Assembly (NCBI RefSeq): GCF_006345805.1
Contig: NC_042999.1
Location: 64,666,001-64,730,000 of the forward strand
Length of the DNA stretch: 64,000 nt
Origin: Octopus sinensis
Taxonomy: Eukaryota
Direction of reading: 5' to 3'
The stretch's first letter is position 1; every line of letters begins with the position of its first letter. The notes below the pieces were generated by a model. The model worked only from the letters and a program-made list of their open reading frames with translations. It was not told the origin of the DNA and ran no database searches. Both the position numbers and the translations under genes were made by a program. Below are positions 36,740 to 50,049 of the stretch, in pieces.

Positions 36740-37190
36740 AAGCTTTGCTTGTATAATTTTCCTTTGTGTGGTTAAGCATAGCATTCATGCTAGAAGTTCC
36801 AGCAGTAGTTTGCATCATGTGTCTGTCCCAGATTCCACCAGGACGTAAGAAAAGCCTTCATGCCTTTCCTACGTCCTGGTGGAGTCTCCCTCCTGGTTAC
36901 TCAATGACATCGCCAAGATTTTCTGGAAATTTGTCACGTTGGCTATGGAAGAAGTACACTTTTATGCTCATATTGGCACCCGTATTTTTAAAGTCACTGA
37001 GCGTTCTTACCGCTATTTCTTCGTTACTGCCTGTTTCCTGGTTGCTCGTGAATTCTCAATAATTGAGACATTATTACATCAAGCAGAACTTTCATTATCA
37101 TTCATATATTTAGGAAAACTAGAATCTTTGATGAGTGAAGACCAATAAGGACTTTTCATTTTTAGTTTTTCACTAGACAAGGCATGGCAA
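36740..37190 (-). mobile_element. DNA transposase C-terminal remnant (CMC/Chapaev3-like)
   Basis: Minus strand encodes GANMSIKVYFFHSQRDKFPENLGDV..GRLHQDV...WDRHMMQTTAG, matching the MSxKxHFLHSHLDxFPxNLGxVSDExGERFHQD...W...M.ADYCW pattern. The family name is from memory. Confidence 0.6.
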
Positions 37191-37307
37191 AGAGACTATG
37201 CATTGTTTCATGAAATCATTATAAATTAAAATTATCAATTCCATAGGTAGAAAAAGAAAAGGGAAATAAAGAAATCGTGCAACAATGCAGAAATATTTGC
37301 AAAAATC

Positions 37308-37458
37308 AGGCGTAGGAGTGGCTTTGTGGTAAGTAGCTTGCTTACCAACCATATGGTTCCGGGTTCAGTCCCAATGTGTGGCAACTAGGGCAAGTGTCTT
37401 CTACTAGAGCCTCGGGCCTACCAAAACCTTGTGAGTGGATTTGTGACAGAAGCCCGTC

Positions 37459-37556
<98 letters not shown>

Positions 37557-37760
37557 ATATGTGTCTGTGTTTGTCCCCCAAACATGCTTGACAAAAGATG
37601 CTGGTGTGTTTACGTCCCCGTCACTTATCGGTTCGGCAAAAGTGACTGATAAAATAAGTACTAGACTTACAAAGAATAAGTGCTGGGGTCGATTTGCTCG
37701 ACTAAAGGCAGTGCTCCAGCATGACCACAGTCAAATGACTGAAACAAGTAAAAGAGTAAG
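37308..37760 (+). mobile_element. SINE family A, full length
   Basis: Colinear with the other copies; long internal (TA)n(TG)n. Confidence 0.9.
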
Positions 37761-38164
37761 AGCATATCGGGCGAAAAAGGCTAGGTTCGGAGTCTTCAGA
37801 AGGAAGCACCCCAAGAAATGTTTGTTCACATCGATTTCATTATTTTATTTAAACTACTTGGCGGCGTTTGGGTCATTAGCAGCAACAGCAGCAGAAGCTC
37901 TCCAACTGTTGGTGCTGGCAACTCTCGTTGTGACATATTTTCACGTGATGGCGTTTGAAGATGGTGTTGGTGGCGTGTGTTACGATGCTGGTTGTAGCCG
38001 CCGTGATGTATCCATAGGAACGAACTTACAACATCTCTGATCTTTTCTATCTGTGTTAAGCTCTGTGTGAGTAAATAAAGAAATCTATATCTAAGAATGA
38101 AAAAAACAAAAGAATGAACCCGGTTTACAAAACTCTGATAAGTCTATTTACCGCCTGTGCCATC

Positions 38165-38430
38165 ACTCATCATCATCATTGTTCGACCGTGGTCGAGACA
38201 ATGGAATTTACTATGTTACACCAGACTTCACGGTCCATCATAGCATTACGGAGGTCCTGTTGCTGGATGCCTGTATCCCTGGAGATTACATCAGGGTAGG
38301 AGAGTGTGCGCCCTCTGGTATTGCGAGTAGATGGCTTCCAGAGGAGAAGAGTAGAAATTACTTCTTTTTCAGCTCTACAACAATGTCCAGCAAACTGGAC
38401 TCTCCTACCTTTCACAAGAGATGACACAGG
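38165..38430 (-). mobile_element. RTE-clade LINE 3' end with (TGA)n tail
   Basis: ORF 38176-38427(-) reads GRRVQFAGHCCRAEKEVISTLLLWKP...DREVW. Confidence 0.85.
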
Positions 38431-38739
38431 TGGTAATTTCCCATATATTTGCCATCACTACCAATTTGAATAATAGGTGTTTTTGTGGTAGTGGGTCGGT
38501 TAACTTAGCAGAAGTAGCATAAAAATTTTGCCATAATCACATGCTACACACTTAGAGTGGACCTGGAAAAGTATCCTTAGATCATTGGTCTAAATCATTA
38601 GATTAAAGAAAAACGGCAGCCATCTGATATATATATATACACATGAAATCTATCTATACACACGCACATGCACACACACACATATAATCTATTATTAATC
38701 ATTATTTTTATCGTACATCTTTATTCTTATATACTTTAA

Positions 38740-38740
38740 T

Positions 38741-38784
<44 letters not shown>

Positions 38785-40500
38785 ATTATTATTATTATTA
38801 TTATTATTATTCCTCCTTCGTAACACAGTGTAGTCTTTGTCAGTTTGAAAGGAATACACAAGATGTCAAGGATAATACAACATCATGGGTTTGGGCGAGG
38901 TGATTTGAAGCGTACTACCGAAAACCTGATCATTGCTGCACAAGACTAGGCCCTCGCGACCAATTCAGTGATGTATAACATCTATAAAACTTCTGACACC
39001 CAGAAATGCAGACTCTGTGGAAAGAGTCTTTAGTCATCTGCCAAGTCACAACAAGGACCTCAGACAAATAGTAATTTCTTTAAGATGTGTGCTGTGCCCA
39101 ATTAGGCTGCTTTTTTCGAAACATCAATCTTGAATGGGATTTCCAGTTGCCTTAAGAAGTTTTGAAATTTCAATGGGATGGAGCCCAACGCTCCGATCAC
39201 CGCTGGTATCACGTTTACATTACTCTCTCGCATTCTATACTCTCTTGCCATTTCTACTTACAATTCAGAGTACTTGGTGATTTTTTCAACCTCTCTACTC
39301 ACAACATTCATGTCATTTGGTATGGCTACATCAATGATCTGAAAGTATTCGTCTTACGTATTGAATTTGACAATATCCAGTCGACGGTGTTCGATTACAT
39401 GATCCGTCTGAAAATCATAATCCCAGAATATCGTTACTTTTCCATCCTCCTGCATATCTTTACTTGGTACATGCTCATACCAGTTCTCTGTTACTTCATA
39501 TTGGTATTTACAGCATAAGAGCCAATGAAGATACTCACACACTTTATCGTGGCGGCGCTTGTATTATTTTTGTGCAAGGCTCTCACATTCACTTATCAAG
39601 TGGGTCACATTTTCGACACTCTTTCCACAGAGTCTGCATTTCTGGATGTCAGAAGTTTTATAGATATTATACTTCACTGAATTGGTAGCGGGATCCCGGT
39701 CTTGTGCATCAATGATCAGGATTTCGGTGGTACACTTCAAATCATATCGATCAAGCCATGCCTACGATGCTGTATTATCCTTAACGTCTTGTGTATTCCT
39801 TTCAAATTGTCCATACATTTTCATTTCAAGAAGGTCTTCTTTTCTTTTCTCCTCAGCTCTTTGGTTAAACTCCTCCTCACCCATCATTTCATCTGCATTT
39901 ACAGCAATATCTTTCGCGGCATATTGCAGCAGGTCTTCATCACTATTTATCAAATACTCGGCAAGCGTTCTCCTTTCACTCATTATACAACGGTCTATAT
40001 TAATTTGTCCTCTGCCACCATTCTTTCTTTTCATATACAGTTCTCGTCCTTCTATCCAGTGTTGATATTTCCTCCTTAGTCCAATTGAGGATGAGCGCAC
40101 TATATCTGACCACCACAACTACCCATATATTTATTGCGGTAATCAGATTTTTGGCATTTAGTTTGGATTTCAACACCATCTTCATCCTTTTTTGATACGC
40201 CTCCTGACTTTGACTTTCATTTCTCTTTGTAGAATGTCATCCATCTCCAAAATACCTAAATATCTATACCCATTACCGTCGGGTTCACCCATGGTCTCTC
40301 TTGATGGTAACCGCAATCCTCTGCAGCCTGCTTTCTTCTCTCTTCTCATATTAAGTACTGAGCATTTGGTAATCTTCAATTCTATATCGATGTCACTACC
40401 ACACTTCTGGACTGTTTTAGTTAAGGAATATATCTGTTTTTCAGATTTCCCAAACAAGTTCAGGTCATCCATAAACAGAAGATGGTTCTTTCAGTGTAGT
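38740..40500 (-). mobile_element. Decayed 5'-truncated R4/Dong-type (RLE) LINE with an (AAT)n tail
   Basis: HLLFMDDLNLF, YRYLG, RKNGGRG, KCRLC zinc knuckle, RRHDKV, TDHVIEHRRLDIV (PD-D/ExK endonuclease) and LGTAHIL. Plus-strand (TTA)n at 38740-38810. Confidence 0.85.
38845..39030 (+). mobile_element. Inverted internal fragment of the same RLE LINE lying in its 3' UTR
   Basis: Encodes LKRTTENLIIAAQD*ALATNS..KCRLCGKS and is the reverse complement of about 39617-39812. Confidence 0.75.
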
Positions 40501-41099
40501 CTTTAACAATAAACCCGGATAATGCACCAATTATTATTCACAAAGGAGAAGAGGGAGAGAGAGAGAAAGAAATGTTGTGGTCATGATGGCCCGTCGTTAC
40601 AGAAAGAAAACAAGAGATGATAGATTAGTGTTAGAAAGCGGATATGGGAACAAAATCTTGTGGGCAGCAGAGAAGGAGATGACTTAATTATCAAGTGTTA
40701 ACAGAACTAATGTGCATTAAGATAAGAGCTGAATGTGTAGTTTCGTAAAATAAAGTTTAATGAGGTGAGTTTAAAGTGAAAGTCTTTATTGGAGGAATAA
40801 ACCGTTAATGGTGAGGCCTGAGGTCTCAGTCAAATCGGTTTTATCAATAAATTTCCACTCTATCTATGTATACACACCCGCTATGAGTAAATATTTTATT
40901 TCTTTTAACAAGCTGATCAGCAACCCGTACATACATACATACATACATAATACATACATACATACATACATACATACATACATACATACATACATACATA
41001 CATACATACGTACGTACGTACATAAAGGTACCTCACGCTTGTACGAATACATGTCTAAATGCTGTTGTTCATGTGCATGATGTAATGCATATATATATG

Positions 41100-41130
<31 letters not shown>

Positions 41131-41189
41131 TTATATATATGTGTATATATATATATGTAGATATATGTATATGCCTATATGTATGTATG

Positions 41190-41225
<36 letters not shown>

Positions 41226-41715
41226 CTATCTATCTATCTGTGTGTGTGTATCTATGTAAACAGGATTTCTGTAATTCCATAATGATTTTCCAATTAAAAC
41301 TCACTTCATATGCAAATGATTACAAACACAGTTTCAAGATTGGCATTTAAAGATGATAAATTAAAGCGGAATCACGTTTGCTAATACGTAAATGTAATAA
41401 GAGAAATACATAATTTACAACAAGCGATTTATTTCTTGTTAGCATTTCATATTTAAAGCTCAATGCATTGAGAAATTAACGTTTACATAGGACTACTTTT
41501 GTGTAGTTTATATCCGTGTAGGCGGCATTCGGTAGAACTGCTACAGAGTCAGATCGGATAAAATGTCTTGGAAACGGTTTTCTGTGCTCTGGGTTCAAAT
41601 CTCGAAGGCATCGAATTACCAGTCAAGTACTGGGATTAATTTATATTTCAGATTTTCAAAATTAACTGCAGTCAGTTCTAAGAAAATCAAATAGGATAAC
41701 CCAATTTGCATAATA

Positions 41716-42080
41716 CAAGTTACATTTCAGAAGTTTTGAGACATTTCTGGAGCTTAATTAATTTCGAAGGAGCTTTATTAGTTTCAATTAAGTACAAAAG
41801 TTTAATCTTCTTCAAAGTAGGATCCTTTGACTTCAATGCACTTGTAGTGCTCCAACCATTTCGTGAAGATATCATTGAAGTCCTCAAAAGTGAAGGTGGC
41901 CAGACCCATGTCACAGTCTCCTTTAGCTTGGGGAACAACCACCCAAAACTCACAGAAAACGAATTCTGTCATGTAGGGACGTTGGAGTGTTTTGATGTCC
42001 TTCTCACTCAAGTGGTTGGTTGGTACCGCTGCTTTGACCTTTTGCTACGAAATCTCATCCTGAATCTCCTCTAAACCTTC
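41716..42080 (-). mobile_element. mariner (DD34D-type) transposase C-terminal remnant with a decayed TIR
   Basis: FWLFPKLKE and FTFEDFNDIFTKWLEHYKCIEVKGSYFEED*; terminal TA at 41714-41715. Confidence 0.75.
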
Positions 42081-42083
42081 ATT

Positions 42084-42374
42084 AGGTGCAGGAGTGGCTG
42101 TGTGGTATGTAGCTTGCTTACCAACCACATGGTTCCGAGTTCAGTCTCACTGCCTGGCACCTTAGGCAAGGGTCTTCTACTATAGCCTCGGGCCGGCCAA
42201 AGCATGATGAGTGGATTAGGTAGACGGAAACGGAAAGAAGCCCGTCGTATTTATGTACATGTATATATATATATGTGTGTGTGTGTGTGTTTGTGTGTCT
42301 GTGTCTGTCCTCCAACATCGCATGACAACCGATGTTTCAGTCAAATGACTGAAACAAGTAAAAGAACAAAAGAA
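42084..42374 (+). mobile_element. SINE family A with an internal deletion
   Basis: gacaaccgatgttt joins directly to cagtcaaatgactgaaac. Confidence 0.85.
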
Positions 42375-42900
42375 TTCGCACACACATACCTACTCAGGCA
42401 TTCACACACATGCACACCGCACATCTTTTTGTTTTGTATTCACAAGTTCTGTAGTTTCGGAACAAGCATGGCAACATAAACTTATAATATTTTCATTCTG
42501 CGTGTGTTTAAAATGTCTTATTCAATCAGAAATCCCTTTTATTAAATATTATTATCAATTGGACTCCTTTGAGACTCGTAAACGTAGCTCGAAAGATTTT
42601 CTTTCCTATTCAGATTTAATTATTTCCAAAATAAGACACTTTAATTCAACCATATTTATGTTTTTGAATAAATATTTGTATTTCTATAATGTAAATGTGG
42701 AGCCAGATCTCACTTTATGCTTTTCATTCGGTTACATCATATTATTTATTCTCTAACCATAAAAAGTCCACACACACACACACACACACACATACACACA
42801 CACACAACACGCAAACGTACACACACACAGACATGCAAACGTACACACACATATACATACTGGAGCGTGTGTGTGTGTATGTTATATTCACTAATTTACT

Positions 42901-43067
42901 AGGCGCAGGAGGGGCTGTGTAGTATGTAGTAGCTTGCTTACCAACCATATGGTTCCAGGTTCAGTCCCACTGCGTGTCACCCTGGGCAAGTGTCTTCTAC
43001 TATAGCCTCGGGCAGATCAAAGCCTTGTGAGTGGATTTGGTAGACGGAAACTGAAAGAAGCCCGTCG

Positions 43068-43133
<66 letters not shown>

Positions 43134-43342
43134 CTGTGTGTCTGTGTTTGTCCCCTCAACATCCCTTGATAACCGATGCTGGTGTGTTTACGTCCCCGTC
43201 ACTTAGCGGTTTGGCAAAAGAGAGCGATAGAATAAGTACTAGGCTTACAAAGAATAAGTCCTGGGGTCGATTTGCTCGACTAAAGGCGGTGCTCCAGCAT
43301 GGCCGCAGTCAAATGACAGAAACAAGTAAAAGGGTAAAAGAG
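42901..43342 (+). mobile_element. SINE family A, full length
   Basis: Colinear with the other copies. Confidence 0.9.
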
Positions 43343-43821
43343 TCGTGTAGTTTCCCTTAACGTCAAAGTGTGACAGTGATTTCGACAAATAGAAAGCGAT
43401 AAATAATTACCTGATTGAAATAAAACTCTTGGCAAAAATGCTCCAGTATGACCTAAGTTCAATGATTGATACAAGTGAAAGAACAACAAAATTTAAGAAC
43501 CCAAGAGACGTCTGTGGCTGGATTTTAACAATTTTCTTTTGATCTGTTCAAAATATCGATATATCCCCACATCAAATACCTGGAAGTTGAGCGACCACAA
43601 TGCTATGGTTTATTGGTAAATTAAAAATGGATAATTTACAATACCATGCTTGTATTCACTTAAAAATAATGTCATCTTTACTTAACAATGAATTCTCATA
43701 GTTAGTTTGGTAACTGTCGACTGGCGTTTAGTTGGTAGCGGATGTTAGATGTTACTGCGTGCTGCTGAATACGGCGGCCTTTGTTAGAAGAGTGTCGGCT
43801 GGCGATAGATGGGTGATATGT

Positions 43822-43910
43822 AGTCTCTCTTATTTATTTACTACCCACAGAGGAGACAAACAAGGACAGACAGACGGATTAAGTCGATTATATCGACGCG
43901 CTAACGTTTC
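43822..43910 (-). mobile_element. SINE family B, internally deleted fragment
   Basis: tactacccacagaggagacaaacaaggacagacagacggattaagtcgattatatcgac|gcgctaacgtttctg. Confidence 0.7.
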
Positions 43911-45105
43911 TGTCTTATATGTAATCTTTCTTGTTTCGGCAAAAGAGACCAGTATTAGATGTAAACTTGATGATTCAGCCTTTTTTTGGCAGTGGTCTAT
44001 AGAGTAACGTATAAGGAATGATTACCTAATACATGCAATCCTTCAAGCGCAGGGTTAGGGGAAAACCTCATTTACTTGTCTAAGGGATCAATACATTGAG
44101 TACGGACAGCTATCGCATATAACCCAGTGTTGAACAGCACATATATATCCCTTACAGCAACAACAACAACAATATATTTCTTGTAACAACAACAACAACA
44201 AAAATATGCTGTTCAACTTAAAACCGTTACTGCTAATGACAGACGAATTCCACGTTATTAGCGGTTAATAGTTTCCTTGGGCCATATTATATAAAGATAA
44301 ATAATATGACATGGAACCTTTGCGCCCGAATTTTGATCGTCTGGAGGGACCGAAAACGGACTCTCGCGCGACAAAGAAGGGGACGGAACGTTTATATTGA
44401 ATACTGGACGGAGAAGTGTATGGTTGTTGCACAAGATTTTAATATGCGGCAGTATTTCACGGTTGTGTTTCTGGCGCTGACCCTCAATCATGAGCATGAG
44501 TATAAGCATTTATTCACACACACACGTGCACACACACATATACACATACATATACACACACTCGCGGGCGCGTTCGCGAGCCCGCACATATTTAGAGACA
44601 CTTGTATACTGCATATATACGTAGTTACTATAGATAACAGATAAACTGTATAAACAAACAGTTCGAAGTATTTTTGTTGTTTGAGATAAACGAAGGAAAG
44701 AAGAAAAGGAGAAGAAAAAGCATAAAAATAGAAGATAAAAAAAGAGGTAAGAAAACCAATAATATGTGTAAGTATCTGTTAGCTTATTTTTCCGTTTATT
44801 GTAGGAGACAGCAATATTGTGTGTTATTTATGAATAATAAAATACTCGATATATTAATTATTACACAGGCACATACACGCGTACACATACATATACATGT
44901 ATGTGTATATATAAACGCAAAGAAAAATGAAGAACGCTTCTAATAATGCAGAGGTGAAAGTTGAAAGATCTTTATATATATTTCAGGCGCAAAGGCCCAT
45001 CTTCAGAAGTTTGCAGTCAAAGAAATGTGTGTCTACGTAGATCGTGTCTTTTGATTGGTCGAGTCGAATGGGTATTGATCCCGTATGTAGATAGACGCAC
45101 GTATA

Positions 45106-45545
45106 CGAGATGGTATCAAAAAGTTTCGGGACTAGTTATGTTTAATACAAAAACAACTTATTTACCTAAGTTTTAACATCATCTTCTTCGAAATAGTTAC
45201 CTTGCTCAGCAATACACCGGTCGCAGCATTCCTGCCACTTTTGGAATCCGGTTTGGAAGACGTTTTCCGTAAGCGAGCCGAGGACCTCCTGCGATTCGCT
45301 CTTGATCCCGACAACGGTGTTAAAACGGCGATCTTTGAGCCGTATTTTGAACTTGGGGAAGCGATGCAAGGCCGCAGGAGCTAAATTTGGCGAATAGGGC
45401 AGGTGCGGAAGCAGTACCATGCTGGTTTTGGCAAGAAACTGAAGACAGAGGAGAGTTCGGTGGCAGATAGGAGTGGTTGGGCAGGGGGTGGGGTGAGGAG
45501 TGGTGATCAGAAGATAGATTTTGGTAGAGGCAGATGAGTTTATCA
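45106..45545 (-). mobile_element. mariner transposase C-terminal remnant with TIR
   Basis: LPHLPYSPNLAP..FPKFKIRLKDRRF...FQKWQECCDRCIAEQGNYFEED; terminus ta|cgagatggtatcaaaaagtttcgggact. Confidence 0.85.
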
Positions 45546-45570
45546 TTCATTCGAAGGGCGGACGATGGAA

Positions 45571-45614
<44 letters not shown>

Positions 45615-45690
45615 GAATAAGCTCGTTCTCTCACTCTCTCCCTTCCCTCTATATGTATATATCAGTATGAATATATTATTTAATAACAGT

Positions 45691-46072
45691 TTGATTCGGT
45701 TTGACTGCGGCCATGCTCGAGCACCGCCTTTAATCGAGCAACTCGATCCCAGGACTTATTCTTTGTAAGCCTAGTACTTATTCTATCGGTCTCTTTGGCC
45801 GAACCGCTAAGTGACGGTGACATAAACACACCAGCATCGGTTGTCAAGCAATGCTAGGGGGACAAACACAGACACACAAACACACACAGATACACATATA
45901 TATACATATATACGACGGGCTTCTTTCAGTTTCCGTCTACCAAATCCACTCACAAGGCTTTGGTCGGCCCGAGACTATAGTAGAAGACACTTGCCCAAGG
46001 TGCCACGCAGTGGGACTGCACCCGGAACCATGTGATTGGTAAACAAGCTACATACCACACAGCCACTCCTGC
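45691..46072 (-). mobile_element. SINE family A, near full length
   Basis: Colinear with the other copies. Confidence 0.9.
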
Positions 46073-46074
46073 TG

Positions 46075-46425
46075 TCAATTTGTGCAAATTCACTCTTTAT
46101 GTGCCGCATCTGTGATTTTCATTGAGTATACTTTCTACTTTAGCATACCCTAGAAAAAGAAGTCAAGAATGCTAAGGTCTGGCGTACGAGAAGACCATTT
46201 CCACATGACCTAGTGTTTTAATCCAGTTAGGAACATTGTGAATCAGCCGTTCTCTTATCGCCGCGGCGAAACGGGCAGGTGTGTTATCTTGTTAGAACCA
46301 TTCAGGAAGTCCTTCACCTAGCCTATCAAATTGGAGCAGTCACTGGCCTCTCAACGTTGCACGGTAAGTCTCACCAGTTGCATGTACGTGAGATTTCCTA
46401 CGGCTCCAGACTTTAGGGACACCTG
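46075..46425 (-). mobile_element. Tc1-like non-autonomous remnant
   Basis: Terminus ta|caggtgtccctaaagtc. Minus strand encodes QDNTPA..AAAIRERL..VPNWIKT.GHV.WSSRTPDLSILDFFF*G.LK*KVY. Confidence 0.7.
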
Positions 46426-46534
46426 TACAATGTCTTTAAGAAACTAGACCTTCTATCGTGCTCTCTAAACATTTAAAAAAATTTTCTCTATAGTTCACGT
46501 GTTTATTTTCTGTATTTTTGTCATGTTTTAGTCG

Positions 46535-46926
46535 TTTATATGGAAGTGGAAGCACTCCGTCGGTTACGACGATGTGGGTTCCGGTTGATCCGAATCAACG
46601 GAACAGCCTGCTCGTGAAATTAACGTGCAAGTGGCTGAGCACTCCACAGACACGTGCACCCTTAACGTAGTTCTCGGGGATATTCAGCGTGACACAGAGA
46701 GTGACAAGGCCGGCCCTTTAAAGTACAGGTACAACAGAAACAGGAAAAAAGAGTGAGAGAAAGTTGTGGTGAAAGAGTACAGCAGGGATCACCACCACCC
46801 CCTGCCGGAGCCTCGTGGAGCTTTAGGTGTTTTCGCTCAATAAACACTCACAACGCCCGGTCTGGGAATCGAAACCGCGATCCTATGACCGCGAGTCCGC
46901 TGCCCTAACCACTGGGCCGTTGCCTC
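46535..46926 (-). mobile_element. tRNA-derived SINE family D, tail type 1
   Basis: Head ggcccagtggttagggcagcggactcgcgg..cggtttcgattcccagacc; tail ends gtcgtaaccgacggagtgcttcc. Confidence 0.85.
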
Positions 46927-47013
46927 GGGTCGACCAAACCCTCGTGAGTGAATTTGATAGACGGAAACTGAGAGAAGCCCGTCGTATATACATACATACA
47001 TACACACACACAG

Positions 47014-47045
<32 letters not shown>

Positions 47046-47060
47046 GTATGTATGTAGACA
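46921..47060 (+). mobile_element. SINE family A internal fragment fused head-to-head with the family D copy
   Basis: The junction shares gcctc; it continues gggtcgaccaaaccctcgtgagtgaatttgatagacggaaactg. Confidence 0.7.
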
Positions 47061-47304
47061 TATGCATATATACATACACGCACACATATAGTTATAATAG
47101 ACACGTAGACGCTCATATGTATATATTTAAGAAGTGGCAATACCATCGTCTTGAAACTGTATTCATATCAAGTGGCGACCAATAAATTTCTAAGCCCTCC
47201 ACTTCAGTTGAATCAAATTCAACGAAAATAATATTAAGAATGTCGAAATCCCCCCACCTCTCTCTCTCTCTCTCTCTCTATCTATCTCTCTATCTATCTA
47301 TCTC

Positions 47305-47345
<41 letters not shown>

Positions 47346-47586
47346 TTATCTATACAAACATGTATACTCATATAAAATACACATTCAGAGAAAGACATTT
47401 CTCTCTCTATATATTTATACACATACATATTTACATGTAGGCGTATAAACTTGTAAATGCCTAAATTAAGCATGTGCACTCGGAGCACGAGCACGCGCAT
47501 ATGTATCTTTATTTACATAATAATTGATGCATGTTCATGCTTTTACATGTGAGTATAGATACCTGTAAAAATATTTAAATTATACC

Positions 47587-47670
<84 letters not shown>

Positions 47671-47860
47671 AAATATATATATATATAGATATATGATAAT
47701 ACATATGAAATTATATACAAATATATACATATTTATATATATATATGCATTTATATATATATACATATATATAATTATAAATATAATATATATAAATATT
47801 GATATGTATGAATATATTGCTTATAAATTCATTCCCACAAACGCACAAACGCACACTCGT

Positions 47861-47899
<39 letters not shown>

Positions 47900-48553
47900 C
47901 ACACACATAGATACACACATATTGAAAAAAAGTATTAACAACAATAACAACACCAATAACAATAATAATCAATTTCCATTCTTATTCTTTCTTATAGAAT
48001 CAATTAGAAGTAATGAGGCATTTTCAATCTTAAGCTTCACTCCCAAATATCTATGTTCTCTGAGATATTGTAATAGATCGCTTCTGAAAGCCGAGAAAAA
48101 TATAAGAAAAATAAAAAAAACATAAAACACACACACACACATACACACCCAAATGGAAATAGAAATATATTAAAATTTATGAAAATAAATATGAAATAAT
48201 ATTGAATTTGGAGCCAAAAAGAAAATTGGGCAGGAAAAATAGTTCAAAGGAGATAAAGAAATGAATAGAACCAAGTAATGTAGAAATCCAAATATTGAAT
48301 AAATGGTTCACCACTGTCTATATATTTCTGACAGATACGTTTGTCGTAGAGAATCTATCACTGTGAAATTTTACAATAATGATACATCTTTTCTAGGAAT
48401 AATGGGTTTGTTCAACAATTGCAATTTCTGAAATAATACAGCTGTGTTTAAAACGTGTTGTTTCTTGTATTTATGTAGGCTGTATACATGCAATATACTT
48501 TACGCACGATACACTTCAACAATATAATATAATATAATATAATATAATATAAT

Positions 48554-48630
<77 letters not shown>

Positions 48631-48696
48631 CATATATACCGACATTTACATTGATATGTCCGTGTAGGCATATATGTATATAGTATATATGTGCGT

Positions 48697-48739
<43 letters not shown>

Positions 48740-48900
48740 CAAAGATAGATATATATATGCATGTATTTATGTATATATATATAGATATACATGTATATAT
48801 GCGTGTGTATATACATACTTATATATACGTGTATATGTGTGTGTGTACATAGTTGTTTTGCTTCTCTCTGTATTTATATATATATATACAAACACACACA

Positions 48901-48934
<34 letters not shown>

Positions 48935-49444
48935 GCGTTGGCATAGTGATTGCATTAACGATCGCGAGGTTGTAGGTTCGATGATTTCCAGACTGGGCGG
49001 TGCGCTGGTTTCATGAGCAAAATACCTCGTCACACGTTGTTCTGGGAACTCTTCGGTAACTAACCTTTAGCACATCCTGCAGCTGTGAAGACAATGTCGA
49101 TATGAAAAAGGGATTGAGATGATGTGTAGCACAAAGATTTGATCACTATGAAGCATGGTTGTTCAGTAAGGAATTGCAGAACGGTCTTTGTAGTTTTCGT
49201 GAGACTACAATTAAAACTAAAGGGAGATACACATGTATAGATATATACATACAAATTATAGGGGTTTAGTTCACAGGTGATCTAAACGACTAGGTACGCT
49301 AGGTAAGTACTGTAACGGATTACTAGGGCTGCAAGGTTATAGCCGAGATGTAATGTATGTATGTATGTATGTATGTATGTATGTATGCATGTATGTATGT
49401 ATGTATGTATTTATGTATGTATGTATGTATGCATGCATGCATGT

Positions 49445-49780
49445 GAGGGCGCATAGCTCAGTGGTTAGAGCGTCGAGCTTACGATCGTGAGGATGCGAGT
49501 TCGCATCCCGGACCGGGCTGTGTGTTGTGTTCTTGAGCAAGAGACTTTATTTCAACTTGCTCCAGTTTATTCACCTGTAGAAATGAGTTGCGACGTCACA
49601 GGTGGAAAGCTGTATCGGCCCCTTTGCCTTTCTCTTCGATAACATCGGTTGTGTGGAGAGGGGAAACAGGTATGCATGGGCGAGTGCTGGTCTTCCATAA
49701 ACAACCTTGCCCGGATTTGTGCCTGGGAGGGTAACTTTCTAGGTGAAATCCTATGGTCAGTCATGATCGAAGGGGCTCTC
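49445..49780 (+). mobile_element. tRNA-derived SINE with a family C-like head and a third body type
   Basis: gagggcgcatagctcagtggttagagcg..gagttcgcatccc..gtgttgtgttcttgagcaag. Confidence 0.8.
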
Positions 49781-50049
49781 AGCAGATGTATGTATATGTG
49801 TCTGTCTGTCTGTCTATCTGTATGTATGTATGTTTGTATGTATGTATGTATATATGTATATATATATACAAACATACATACATATACCCACCTCTCTATC
49901 TGTCTCCCAATCTATCTATTTATCTGTCTGTCTATCTACACACTCACACACATACACTCACACAAAAAGACACACACGTATGTGCACACACAAATATTTG
50001 TATATATGTTTGCATAACTGTTAGACACAACTATGATAGGAAATGACAA

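Noticed and set aside
44129-44217. 14-bp inverted repeat (gttgaacagca..tat) around (AAC)n
   Set aside because: Too short, with no TSD or second copy; compatible with chance or local slippage.
44980-45060. Candidate exon after a tttcag acceptor
   Set aside because: No recognisable peptide and no partner exons.
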